This document shows positions 9,894-18,475 of a stretch of 64,000 nt of DNA, in pieces. A program made the translations under genes and the position numbers. The DNA comes from an uncultured Thermoplasmata archaeon (GTDB lineage: Archaea > Thermoplasmatota > Thermoplasmata > Lutacidiplasmatales > UBA184): positions 257,747-321,746 of the forward strand of contig CAVOMG010000003.1 of the NCBI GenBank assembly GCA_963696985.1, given 5' to 3'. The notes beneath the pieces are model-generated. The model had not been told where the DNA came from. It saw only the letters and a program-made list of their open reading frames with translations, and did no database searches. Position 1 is the stretch's first letter. Each line of letters begins with the position of its first letter.

Positions 9894-12241
9894 CCGTCGG
9901 CCCGTCGGAGCCCGTCGAGCTTCATCCGCTGCTCGAGCGAGGCGATCGATCGGATCGTCGACACGACGGTGTCGGCGTTCAGCGAGATCGAATCGATCCC
10001 CCGGCGGACGAGGAACTCGGCGAACTCGGGATAGACGCTCGGGCCCTGACCGCATATGCCGACCGTTCGACCCGCGGCGTGGGCCCCCTGGATGAGCATC
10101 TCGACCGCGCGCAGGACCGCGGGGTCGCGCTCGTCGAAGTAGCCCATCCGGGCGAGGATCTCGGAGTCCCGGTCGGCGCCGAGCACGAGCTGGGTCAGGT
10201 CGTTCGACCCGATCGAGAAGCCGTCGCAATGCGCGGAGAACTCCTTGGCGAGGAACACGACCGACGGCACCTCTGCCATCAGGTAGAGCTGGAAGTCCCG
10301 GGAGCGCCGCAGGCCGGCCGAGCGCATCATCCCCTCGATCTCCTCGAGCTCCCAGGTGTTCCGGACGAACGGGAGCATCACCATGGCATTGCGAAGCCCC
10401 TTTTCGACCCGGACGCGCTGGATCGCTTCGAGCTCGGCGAGGAACGCGGGACGGTAGGTCGGCGAGATGTACCGGGAGCATCCCCGCCACCCGATCATCG
10501 GGTTCTCCTCGTTCGGCTCGAACGGCTCCCCGCCGGGCATCCCGCGGTACTCGTTGGTCTTGAAGTCGGAGGTCCGGATGATCACCGGCCGGGGGTGGAA
10601 CGCCTGGCAGACCTGCGCGATGCCCTCGGAGAGCCGCTGGACGAGCTCCTCCTTGCGACCCTGCTGGAGGAGCGAGAGCGGGTGCTCTCGGACGTGCGCC
10701 GTGAAGATGAACTCGATCCGCATGAGCCCGACCCCCTGGACCGGGAGCCGGGCGTACTCGGCGGCCTTCTCCGGGACCCCGACGTTGACGTAGATGCGGG
10801 TCGCCGTCACCGGGACGCTCGCGTGGGAGGAGTCGGTGTGGCCGGCGGCCGCGGCCGGAGCCGAGCGCTTCGCGCGCTCAGCGGGTCCGAGCCCCGCGTA
10901 CACGGTGCCGGCCTTCCCGTCCACCGAGACGAGGGCGCCCTCGGCGATCCGTTTCGTCGCCTCCCGGGTCCCCACGACGCAGGGTACTCCGAGCTCCCGG
11001 GAGACGATGGCGGCATGGCACGTCATCCCGCCTTCGTCGGTCACGATGGCGCCGGCCTGGGCCATCGCGGGCACCATGTCGGGGGTCGTCATCGTCGTGA
11101 CGAGGATCTCCCCGGATTTGAGCTTCCCCATCTCGGCGGCGGTCCTCAAGATGCGGGCCGTCCCGCCGACAACGCCCGGACTCGCCCCAAACCCGCGCAC
11201 GATCGGGGCTTCCTCCCCGGCCTCGCCGCCCGAAGGGGCGGCGGCCCCCCTTGGTCGGTCGGCCGTCGCAGCGCCGCTCGGGACCGTGGTGATCGGACGG
11301 GCCTGGACGATGTAGAGCGAGCCCGCGTCGGCGCACCATTCGACGTCCATTGGTCGCCGATAGTGGGACTCGATCACCCGCGCGAGCGACGCAAGCCGCT
11401 GGATCCGCTCGTCGGAGAGCTTCTGGCGCCCCCGCTCTTCCGGCGGGATATCCTCCTTCCGGTTCCCGCCCTCGGGGTCCCGGACGAGCCGGAAGGCCTG
11501 CTCGCTGACCTGCTTCAGGATGATGCGCTGGGAGGCGCCGTCCACGACGTAGTGGTCCGGGGTGACCTCCCCGCCCACGATCGCCTCCCCGAGGCCCCAC
11601 CCGGCCTCGATGATCATGTGGTTCTCCCCGGTGTTCGGGTCCCGGGTGAACAGGATCCCGCTCGTCGTGGAGTCGACCATCTTCTGGACGAGGACGGCGA
11701 GGCGCACCGCGGAGTGATCGAACCCTTTCTTCGTCCGGTAGACCAGGACCCGGGGCGTGAACAGGGACCCCCAGCACTTCCGTACGGCCTCGAGGATCGC
11801 GTCGGTCCCCCGGACGTTCAGGTAGGTCTCCTGTAGGCCGGCGAAAGAGGCCCCTTCGAGGTCCTCGGCGGTCGCCGAGGACCGGACCGCGGACCAGGTC
11901 ACCGAGTTCTCCTGCGTGAAGCGCTCGAGCGCCTTCCGAATCGGGGCCGCGAGGGTCTCCGGGAACTCGGATCGCTCGAACGCGTCCCGGATATTCCGGG
12001 AGGCCGCCTCGACCGTCTCCGACCGGGCCGGATCGATCCCCGCGAGGGCCTGGGCGATCGTCGGGCCGATCCCCGTGCCGTCGACAAACGCATCGTAGGC
12101 GTCCGTGGTGATCACCATTCCGGGGGGCACCGGCAGCCCCTGGCGCACGACCTCGCCGAGCTTGCTCGCCTTCCCCCCCACGAGGGCGTGGTCGGCGGTG
12201 GAGACGTCCGCGAGATTGACGACGAGGCGCGGTTCGCTCAC
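9890..12241 (-). CDS. ppsA: phosphoenolpyruvate synthase (pyruvate, water dikinase)
   Basis: 'HALVGGKASKLGE', 'GLPVPPGMVITTDAY', phospho-His swivel 'TDEGGMTCHAAIVSRELGVPCVVG', C-terminal PEP-utilising barrel 'FSIGSNDLTQL...GIDSISLN'. GTG 12241 overlaps the upstream stop (GTGA). Confidence 0.93.
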   Translation of the reverse strand: MSEPRLVVNLADVSTADHALVGGKASKLGEVVRQGLPVPPGMVITTDAYDAFVDGTGIGPTIAQALAGIDPARSETVEAASRNIRDAFERSEFPETLAAPIRKALERFTQENSVTWSAVRSSATAEDLEGASFAGLQETYLNVRGTDAILEAVRKCWGSLFTPRVLVYRTKKGFDHSAVRLAVLVQKMVDSTTSGILFTRDPNTGENHMIIEAGWGLGEAIVGGEVTPDHYVVDGASQRIILKQVSEQAFRLVRDPEGGNRKEDIPPEERGRQKLSDERIQRLASLARVIESHYRRPMDVEWCADAGSLYIVQARPITTVPSGAATADRPRGAAAPSGGEAGEEAPIVRGFGASPGVVGGTARILRTAAEMGKLKSGEILVTTMTTPDMVPAMAQAGAIVTDEGGMTCHAAIVSRELGVPCVVGTREATKRIAEGALVSVDGKAGTVYAGLGPAERAKRSAPAAAAGHTDSSHASVPVTATRIYVNVGVPEKAAEYARLPVQGVGLMRIEFIFTAHVREHPLSLLQQGRKEELVQRLSEGIAQVCQAFHPRPVIIRTSDFKTNEYRGMPGGEPFEPNEENPMIGWRGCSRYISPTYRPAFLAELEAIQRVRVEKGLRNAMVMLPFVRNTWELEEIEGMMRSAGLRRSRDFQLYLMAEVPSVVFLAKEFSAHCDGFSIGSNDLTQLVLGADRDSEILARMGYFDERDPAVLRAVEMLIQGAHAAGRTVGICGQGPSVYPEFAEFLVRRGIDSISLNADTVVSTIRSIASLEQRMKLDGLRRADG

Positions 12242-13260
12242 GCCGCCCTCCGGATCTGGAAGAGCGCGAGCTCCTGTCGGGGCGAGTACGGGTGGACCCG
12301 GCGGGCGCTCGCCGGAACCCAACTTCCCGCGACCGACCCGAGGAGTTCGGCAAGCTCCGCGGGCCGTCGGGAGAATCCCCCCATATCGGTGACCTCGTAA
12401 TAGTAGATCGAGCCGCCGGGCTCGACGGTGGTTCCCACCTGGGGAAGATACTTAATTCCTTCGCGAGGGAGATTGAAGATCACCCGTTCGCAGCGCTCCG
12501 CAGCGCCCACGAACTGCTCGATCGGCTGCTCGATGAACGCGACGCGGGCGGCCAAACCGAGCCGCTCGGCGTTCGATCGACCGAGCGCGATCGCCGCCGG
12601 GTTGAGGTCGACCGCCCAGATCCGGCGCGCCCGACCGGCGCGCGCGATCGTCAGCGAGAACGGCCCGACCCCGCAGCACAGGTCGAGCACCTTGTCCCCG
12701 GTCCGGACCTCCTCGGCGACGCGGGCGTGCTCCCGGGCGAGCCGGGGAGAGAAGTACGCCCGCTCCAGGTCGACGTCGAACGACAACCCGTTCTCCGAGT
12801 GGCGAGTGGACCACGGTCCGCTTCCCGCGAGCCGGCGAATCGACCGGATCCGCTCGATCCCCACGACCCCGAGATCCTCGCCGACGGTCCGAGCGCCGGG
12901 GACGAATTCGAGGAGCGCCTGGCCGATCTCCGCGCCCCGGGGCGCGAGTTCGGGTGGCACTCGGACGAGGACGATGTCGCCAATCACGTCGAACGCCCTC
13001 GGCAAGAGGGCGGCCTCCTCGGGTGGGAGGGCCAGGAGGTCCCGATATGAGCGAGGGCGCGGGGGCCGGAGGGGGCGGAATTCCCGCTCCTCGATCATCC
13101 CGCCGGGGATCGGGTGTTCAGGGGCTGAAGCGATCGGGAAGGAGACCGTGGAACCGTCCGAATCGATCCGGAGATCCGCTCGCAGGAGACCAAGCTCCGA
13201 GAGACGCCGTCGGACCTCCTCCCCGTGGGCGCGGGCGGCCACGATCGCGAGGCTACGCAC
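12238..13260 (-). CDS. trm5: tRNA (guanine37-N1)-methyltransferase Trm5/Taw2-type (Met-10+ domain) SAM methyltransferase
   Basis: 'FDVIGDIVLVRVP', 'FDVDLERAYFSPRLAREHARV', SAM motif 'VLDLCCGVGPFSLTIA', 'AVDLNPAA', 'NLPREG'. GTG 13260 lies 11 nt after the apgM stop. Confidence 0.8.
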   Translation of the reverse strand: MRSLAIVAARAHGEEVRRRLSELGLLRADLRIDSDGSTVSFPIASAPEHPIPGGMIEEREFRPLRPPRPRSYRDLLALPPEEAALLPRAFDVIGDIVLVRVPPELAPRGAEIGQALLEFVPGARTVGEDLGVVGIERIRSIRRLAGSGPWSTRHSENGLSFDVDLERAYFSPRLAREHARVAEEVRTGDKVLDLCCGVGPFSLTIARAGRARRIWAVDLNPAAIALGRSNAERLGLAARVAFIEQPIEQFVGAAERCERVIFNLPREGIKYLPQVGTTVEPGGSIYYYEVTDMGGFSRRPAELAELLGSVAGSWVPASARRVHPYSPRQELALFQIRRAA

Positions 13261-13271
13261 GTCGGGACCCC

Positions 13272-14558
13272 TTAACGGAGGAGGAGCGGCAACACGTCGA
13301 CGCCCCGTATCGTCCCGATCGAGCCGGCCGAGGCCGCCGTCTCGCCGAATTTTCGGGGCGGGACTCCCGGGTCGAGCGGCTCGGCCGGGACCCCGGCGCC
13401 GGCGACCACGAGGGGAACCGGATCGTCCGAATGGGCGTGCAGGAGGCAAGGGGTGGAGTGGTCCGCGGTGACGAGGACGCGGTCCTCCTCCCAATGCACT
13501 TCCTGGAGGAACGGGCCGAAGAACCCCCGGTCGAGCGCTTCGATCACGGCCTGCTTCCGGCGGGCGTCCCCGTCGTGCCCCGGTTCGTCGGGACCCTTCA
13601 AATGCACGTAGACGAGGTCATGGGAGCGCAGCGCCGCCGCGGTGACCCGCGCGCGTTCCCCTAGGGCGGCCTCGACGTCGGGACCCATCGGTCCCACGAA
13701 GAGGTCCTCGAGTCCCAGCCAGCGGGCGATCCCCCGTTCGACCGGCATCTCGGTGACCGCCGCCGCGCTCACGCCGGTGCGTTCGCGGAAGGAGCGCCCC
13801 GGGACCGAACCGAGGCTGCCCGCGCTACGGAGCAGCAGGGCGTTCGCCTGGAGCCGCCCCCCCATCGCCCGGCGGGCATTCACGGAGCTTCCGGCGAGGA
13901 GCGGCACGGCGCGCGCGAGGAACCGCTCCACGAGCTCCGCCGTGCGAGTGGCCCCGGGGCTCCCGTCGAGCGGGCGGACCGGGTTCAGGTGCGGCCGAAC
14001 GGCCTCCCGGGCCTGCCCGGTGCCGCCGACCCGTTCGTAGAACGGGTCCGAGTTCGAGAGTTCCGCCGAGAGCTTCCGGCCGTCGAGGGGGTGCATCGTG
14101 AGGACCCCGCGGTGGCCGACGGTGGCCCGGACCTCGGCCCGCACCGCCTCCTCCTTCAGGAGGTCGGCGTCGGTCAGGGAGCGGGCCAGGGCGGCGCTTT
14201 CGGAGGTGGAGAGGGATCGGCCGACGCGGGCGTCGAGGATCGCTCCGGCCCCATCCGAGGTCGCGAAGTTCAACCGCCAGGCGACGTCGCCCGGCGCGAG
14301 ATCGAGCCCGGCCCCGAGCGCCTCGAGCACCCCTCGGCCGGGGGACTCGACCCGCGGATCGAGTCCCAGGAGGGCGAGGACGCCGGCATCGGACTCCGGA
14401 GCGATCCCCGGACCGAGCAGCATCACCCGCCCGAGCCGTCCGCGCGTCGCGAGAGCGTCGAGGTTCGGGGTCGGAGCCGCCTCGAGCGGGGTCCGGCCCC
14501 CGGTCTCGGGATTCGGGCGATCGCCGAGCCCGTCGAGGACGATGAGCGCGCGATGCAT
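13272..14558 (-). CDS. apgM: 2,3-bisphosphoglycerate-independent phosphoglycerate mutase, archaeal type
   Basis: 'ALIVLDGLGDRP...TPLEAAPTPNLDALA', 'GIAPESDAGVLALLG', 'LVYVHLKGPDEPGHDGD', 'VTADHSTP'. Confidence 0.9.
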   Translation of the reverse strand: MHRALIVLDGLGDRPNPETGGRTPLEAAPTPNLDALATRGRLGRVMLLGPGIAPESDAGVLALLGLDPRVESPGRGVLEALGAGLDLAPGDVAWRLNFATSDGAGAILDARVGRSLSTSESAALARSLTDADLLKEEAVRAEVRATVGHRGVLTMHPLDGRKLSAELSNSDPFYERVGGTGQAREAVRPHLNPVRPLDGSPGATRTAELVERFLARAVPLLAGSSVNARRAMGGRLQANALLLRSAGSLGSVPGRSFRERTGVSAAAVTEMPVERGIARWLGLEDLFVGPMGPDVEAALGERARVTAAALRSHDLVYVHLKGPDEPGHDGDARRKQAVIEALDRGFFGPFLQEVHWEEDRVLVTADHSTPCLLHAHSDDPVPLVVAGAGVPAEPLDPGVPPRKFGETAASAGSIGTIRGVDVLPLLLR

Positions 14559-14586
14559 ACCGATCCTCCCCCAACTCCCATCGTGA

Positions 14587-14596
14587 CCTTATATGC
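14587..14596. promoter_or_regulatory. TATA-like element (CCTTATATGC) in the 44-nt divergent apgM / membrane-protein intergenic region
   Basis: Sole AT-rich element between start codons 14558 (-) and 14603/14621 (+). Confidence 0.4.
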
Positions 14597-14602
14597 GGAG
14601 CC

Positions 14603-15661
14603 ATGCTCGCAATCGCCGGTATGGCCTCCGGGGGCTGGAAGGAGTTCGGGACCCGGCCCGTCGGGCGCGCGGTCCTCATGGCCGCCGCGATCCTTACGCT
14701 CGTCGGGAGCCTATTCTACCTCGGACCGTACGTCTCGATCGCGGTCCTGCTCCTCTTCGGAGCGGCCGTCCCGATCTACCTCGGCTGGAAGCGGCCGCGC
14801 CAACTCGCCATCGCGGCGTTCGCGGTGCTCCTGATCAGCGCCCCGCTCTTCTCGGTCATCTACGCGGACGAGCTCCGCGTGGCCACTCCGGCCGCCTCTT
14901 CGAACCCGGCCCTGCCTTTTGGGAACGGGAACCCGGCCCTACAGAACGCCAGGGTGACTCCGTTCGACGGGCCCCAGGGCGCCAATTACAGCTTCACGGT
15001 CGCGGTCCATCCCGAAGACCTCCCCCTAGGGATGCAGGCCCGTTTCCTCGAGCTCTTCATCTCCGATTGTCCCGGCGCGACCGGGAACCGATCGCCGAAC
15101 TGCCCCTCCGGGTACACCTACTTCGTCCTCAACCACACCTTCGCCCCGAACCTCACCGCTCCGACCACGGTCACCTTTGGCCACATCCTCCCCGGCGCCG
15201 ACGTCTGGTGGTGGAACCTCGCGCTCGCGATCTCCAATACCTCGGCCCCGAAGACCTACACCTGGGTCTGGCTCTACACGGGCGGGGGATACAATGGCGT
15301 CCAAGGACCCGTCTCCGGCGACTTCCTCTCCACGACCGAGCTCATCCTGCCCGCGGCATACGAGGTGATCCTGATCTACCCCGGCCTCGTCTTCTACATC
15401 GGGCTCCTGATCTACGTGCTACTGAAGAACCGAGAGGCCGCCCGGAAGGTGCCGACCGGTGGGACCCTGCCACCGCCTGCCCCCGGGTCACCGGCCGCGA
15501 CGGCCGTCTCGACCCCCTCGAGCGCGCCCGCCGAGCGGACCTGCCCCAACTGCGGCGCGGTCGTCTACCCGAACGAGACGAGCTGCTGGAAGTGCGGAAA
15601 GAGCCTCACGGAGCCGATGCCCGCACGCTCAAAGCCGCTCGAATCGTCGAAGGGCTCGTAA
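14603..15661 (+). CDS. membrane glycoprotein candidate with C-terminal cytoplasmic zinc ribbon
   Basis: N-terminal TM helices ('AVLMAAAILTLVGSLFYLGPYVSIAVLLLFGAAVPIYL', 'LAIAAFAVLLISAPLF'). Sequon-bearing middle region ('NYSF','NRSP','NHTF','NLTA','NTSA'). TM 'VILIYPGLVFYIGLLIYVLL'. Pro-rich linker, then 'CPNCGAVVYPNETSCWKCGKSL'. The start may be ATG 14621 if the transcript is leaderless. Confidence 0.7.
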   Translation: MLAIAGMASGGWKEFGTRPVGRAVLMAAAILTLVGSLFYLGPYVSIAVLLLFGAAVPIYLGWKRPRQLAIAAFAVLLISAPLFSVIYADELRVATPAASSNPALPFGNGNPALQNARVTPFDGPQGANYSFTVAVHPEDLPLGMQARFLELFISDCPGATGNRSPNCPSGYTYFVLNHTFAPNLTAPTTVTFGHILPGADVWWWNLALAISNTSAPKTYTWVWLYTGGGYNGVQGPVSGDFLSTTELILPAAYEVILIYPGLVFYIGLLIYVLLKNREAARKVPTGGTLPPPAPGSPAATAVSTPSSAPAERTCPNCGAVVYPNETSCWKCGKSLTEPMPARSKPLESSKGS

Positions 15662-15770
15662 ACCGACCGACGGGCGCTCGGATGGCGTCCCGGAACCGTC
15701 GCGAGCGTCGAATCTTGGCCAGTTATACTGCGGTGGGGCGCGCCCGGGACCAGAGCGCGGCGACCGGAAA

Positions 15771-15889
15771 TTTGTTCGACACGACGAGCAACGCTGTTCT
15801 GTGGCGCTTCTAGCAGTATCCTCACGGCCCAAGGACTTGGTTTAAGTAGAAGAAATTTGCATAGTTCGGACCCGTCGTGTTCGACAAAC
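15771..15889 (+). promoter_or_regulatory. promoter region of the RHH gene: TATA TTTAAGTA (15841-15848) bracketed by two GTTCGACA cores (15774-15781, 15879-15886) with inverted CGACG/CGTCG arms
   Basis: 'tttGTTCGACAcgacgag' and 'ccgtcgtGTTCGACAaaca'. The TATA lies about 30 nt upstream of GTG 15877. Confidence 0.5.
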
Positions 15890-16380
15890 AGCTCCGACGT
15901 TCGGCCGAGGACACCGAGTCCCGGCCTCCCAAGGTCGGGCCCGAGGACGAGCGGATCGCGCTCCGGTGCAACCGCCGAGAACTCCAGCTGGTGGACTCGT
16001 TCGTGGCGAACGGCGAGTTCCGTAACCGGTCGGAGCTTATTCGGCAAGCGCTCCACGCGTTCCTCCGGGACCGAGCCACGTCGGCCGTCGCCGCCCCCGC
16101 TCCGAGCGGGGCCGCCACCGGGCTCGTCGAGGTCCCGGTGCGGCTGCGCGCGGAGGAGATCGAGACCTACCGAGCCTACGGCGAACTCGTCTCGAACGGG
16201 CAGCAGATCGAGGATCTCCTCGCCCTGCTCGTTCGGCGCGGGGAGCTCGAGCTCAAGGTCGTGGAGACCGTCGCCCGGTCGCGCGCTTCGGTGCGCGACG
16301 CGGCCGAGGCGAAGCAGCGGATCCGGGAGCTGGGACGGAGCGCGGAGGAGCTGGAACGGCGGGGGGTCGTCGGCCGGTAG
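15877..16380 (+). CDS. ribbon-helix-helix (CopG/Arc/ParG-like) DNA-binding protein, apparently tandem RHH plus C-terminal coiled coil
   Basis: 'ERIALRCNRRELQLVDSFVANGEFRNRSELIRQALHAFL' fits a beta-strand, helix, helix pattern. There is a second similar unit, 'VEVPVRLRAEEIETYRAYGELVSNGQQIEDLLALLVRRG'. Then a charged heptad-like tail 'AEAKQRIRELGRSAEELERRG'. Confidence 0.7.
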   Translation: MFDKQLRRSAEDTESRPPKVGPEDERIALRCNRRELQLVDSFVANGEFRNRSELIRQALHAFLRDRATSAVAAPAPSGAATGLVEVPVRLRAEEIETYRAYGELVSNGQQIEDLLALLVRRGELELKVVETVARSRASVRDAAEAKQRIRELGRSAEELERRGVVGR

Positions 16381-16383
16381 ACG

Positions 16384-16408
16384 CCCGTCGTGCGCCGGAT
16401 TCGACAAA
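16384..16408 (+). promoter_or_regulatory. third copy of the CCCGTCGTG...TTCGACAAA element, between the RHH stop and the FtsZ-like start
   Basis: 'CCCGTCGTGcgccggaTTCGACAAAag' compared with 'CCCGTCGTGTTCGACAAAca' at 15871-15890. It is followed by the SD-like AGAGGGGTG. Confidence 0.45.
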
Positions 16409-16417
16409 AGAGGGGTG

Positions 16418-17328
16418 GTGCAAGTGTTCGAGGGGGAGGGAACTAGAGGCGAGCGAAGCGAGGATTTCGGCACCGGGGAGTCGTACGGGTCGGAGGCGTT
16501 CGAGACGCCGCGGCTCGGCCACGACATCCGATTCGTCCTGGCCGCCGTCGGCGGTGGGGGTATCCGGGTCGCCCGCGCGGTCGCCCGACGCCACCTGCCC
16601 TATCTCGAGACCGTCGCGATCAACTGCGACCCGAGGGTCCAGGAACTGGAGGAGTTCGACCGGCGGATCTGCCTGGGACCGGAGAGCGGGGCGACCCCGT
16701 CGACAGGGGGTTCCCCCCTGGTCGGCAGTGAGCTCGCGCGCTCGGCCGAGCCCGTCCTCCACCGGCTCTTCGAAGGGGCCACCTTCGTCACGATCATCGC
16801 TAGCCTCGGCGGGGGAACCGGCACCGGGGCCCTCCCCTACGTCCTCGAGTCCGCCTCGAGGAGCGCCTCCGCCCTCAAGGTCTTCGTGATCAAGCCGTTC
16901 GAGTGCGAGGGGGAGCGCCGCGGGCTGGCCGAGCGGACGCTCGCGCGCCTCCACTTCCTCGACGCCTTCGTCGAAAAGCAGCAGCTCGGAATGGCCACCC
17001 TGCAGATCCTCGACAACGAAGTGCTCGCCCGGACCGAGCGGCAGCTCCCGATCGGTCGGATCGACCGGTACTGGGGCGAGGTCGTCGCCCACCTGGTCGA
17101 GCGCGAGATCATCCGACCCGCCGAGGCCGTCCTCAACGCGGAACGGCTGCGCACCCTCACCCAGAGCACCCCCGTGATCCGTCCGGCCGGGCCGAGCTCG
17201 AGCCGATCGAGCGCGACCCCCTGCTCCCCGTCGGCCCTCACCTCGCTCCCGCCGTCGCCCGGTCCTCGGCCGAGGCGGTCGAGCTCACGATCGAGTCGTT
17301 CCCTTCGGACTCCCCGCGGGTCCCCTAG
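16418..17328 (+). CDS. FtsZ/tubulin-superfamily GTPase-domain protein lacking the T7 loop and C-terminal subdomain; frame probably broken near the 3' end
   Basis: Inside ORF 15857..17362: 'FVLAAVGGGGIRVARAV' (T1), 'AINCD' (compare FtsZ AINTD), tubulin signature 'GGGTGTG' (16808-16828), 'VIKPFECEGERR' (compare PFxFEGxxR), 'ILDNEVL' (compare PNDxLL). After about 17170-17195 the listed frame becomes Ser/Arg/Pro junk with poor GC3. The other frame (ORF 16903..17328) reads 'RAELEPIERDPLLPVGPHLAPAVARSSAEAVELTIESFPSDSPRVP*' with high GC3. GTG starts at 16415/16418/16424 follow the SD-like element. Confidence 0.7.
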
Positions 17329-17385
17329 GCCGACCCACGGACCCCGTCGAACCAAACGTTAAGTGGGGGGGGGCGTCCGCCCGGC

Positions 17386-17556
17386 ATGGACGGACGGGCC
17401 GTCACCGCCTCCCTCACGATCCTCCTGCCGGCGATCCTGGTCGCCGTAACGGTGTGGAAGTTCGCGTCGAACCCGCTCGTGATCCTGATCCTCTTCTCGA
17501 CGATGATCGCCGGGGCGCTCTACCTCTTGACCTACCGGGAATCGTTCGGGGCGTAG
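17386..17556 (+). CDS. 56-aa two-TM micro-protein (below the ORF-track size cut-off)
   Basis: ATG 17386 to TAG 17554-17556: 'MDGRAVTASLTILLPAILVAVTVWKFASNPLVILILFSTMIAGALYLLTYRESFGA'. High GC3, two hydrophobic helices. Confidence 0.55.
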   Translation: MDGRAVTASLTILLPAILVAVTVWKFASNPLVILILFSTMIAGALYLLTYRESFGA

Positions 17557-17565
17557 GCCCCCGGG

Positions 17566-18345
17566 CTATCCGTAGATCGTCCGTTCCACCGGGGCGGACC
17601 CCTCGGGGCCCTCGGGTCCGCGCCTCGTCCGCCCTTTGAGGGCGGCCCGCAGAGCCCGCTCGATCATCTCGGCCTGGGTCCGCAGCGGTCCCGTGTCGAT
17701 CTTCAGGTCCGGCAGGAACCGGTCGAGCGTCTCGATGAGCGCCGCTCCGGCGCGGTTGTCCGGGAGTCCCTCCTCCGAGGGCCTCGCGCCCACCAGCAGG
17801 ACCGCGACCGGGATCGACCTTCGGATCCCCTCGACGAGGAGCGCGCCCGAGACGCCGCCGATCACCCCGTCCTCGAGGATGCGGGCCCTGGCGGTGCGGA
17901 GTTGGCCGAGCAGGGCTTCGTCCCGCCGCGCGAGCGCGGCCCAGACGAACTCCTCGGCCGGGGCGTCCTCGTCGCTCCCGTCTCCCGGGTGGGGGAACAC
18001 GCCCTCGAGGCCGATGACGATCCGCGCGCGGCGCTCCTCGGCGCCCTCGAGGATCATCCGGGCGATCTCCGGGCCGGATGAGAGAGAGATCGGGAGCTCC
18101 GAGAGGACGACGGCGAGGTCCTTGCGGCCGTGGATCCGCACCGCCGGTTGGACCTGGCCCCCCTGCACGATCGCGATCGCCGAACCGTCCGGGCTGTCGA
18201 CGAGCCCGATCCTCGGCAGGTCGAGGGTCTGGACGATGTAGTGGGCGGCCACCGTCGCGGCGAGGCCGGCGCTCGGGAAGCTCGACAGGACGATCGCCCC
18301 CGGCTGGAGCACTCCAGCTCCCTCGTCGACCCACTTCGCCGGCAC
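17566..18345 (-). CDS. PAC2-family (proteasome assembly chaperone-like) protein
   Basis: 'AIVLSSFPSAGLAATVAAHYIVQTLDLPRIGLVDSP...VRIHGRKDLAVVLSELP...GVSGALLVEG' resembles archaeal PAC2/DUF75-type proteins. GTG 18345. The upstream 73 aa of ORF 17566..18564 look non-coding. Confidence 0.55.
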   Translation of the reverse strand: MPAKWVDEGAGVLQPGAIVLSSFPSAGLAATVAAHYIVQTLDLPRIGLVDSPDGSAIAIVQGGQVQPAVRIHGRKDLAVVLSELPISLSSGPEIARMILEGAEERRARIVIGLEGVFPHPGDGSDEDAPAEEFVWAALARRDEALLGQLRTARARILEDGVIGGVSGALLVEGIRRSIPVAVLLVGARPSEEGLPDNRAGAALIETLDRFLPDLKIDTGPLRTQAEMIERALRAALKGRTRRGPEGPEGSAPVERTIYG

Positions 18346-18475
18346 GGTTCGCCTCCAGGGTGGTCTAACGAACGGAGTACATATCGGCGCTGCGGAGGGG
18401 CCCGGGTCTGGACACGGCCCGACGGTGGGGGCGGCCCGACAACCGACAAGTACTGCGCCTCGCTCGTCCCTGCCC

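Noticed and set aside
8963-11836. 957-aa ORF on the plus strand
   Set aside because: Only its first ~290 aa (the GNAT) look coding. The rest is the antisense of ppsA, with Arg/Gly/Pro/Asp-rich composition. It stays open because stops are rare in this GC-rich DNA.
15857-16417. 5' extension of ORF 15857..17362 overlapping the RHH gene
   Set aside because: Ser/Arg/Pro-rich off-frame translation of the RHH gene. The GTPase homology starts after the GTG cluster at 16415-16424, which has an SD-like element.
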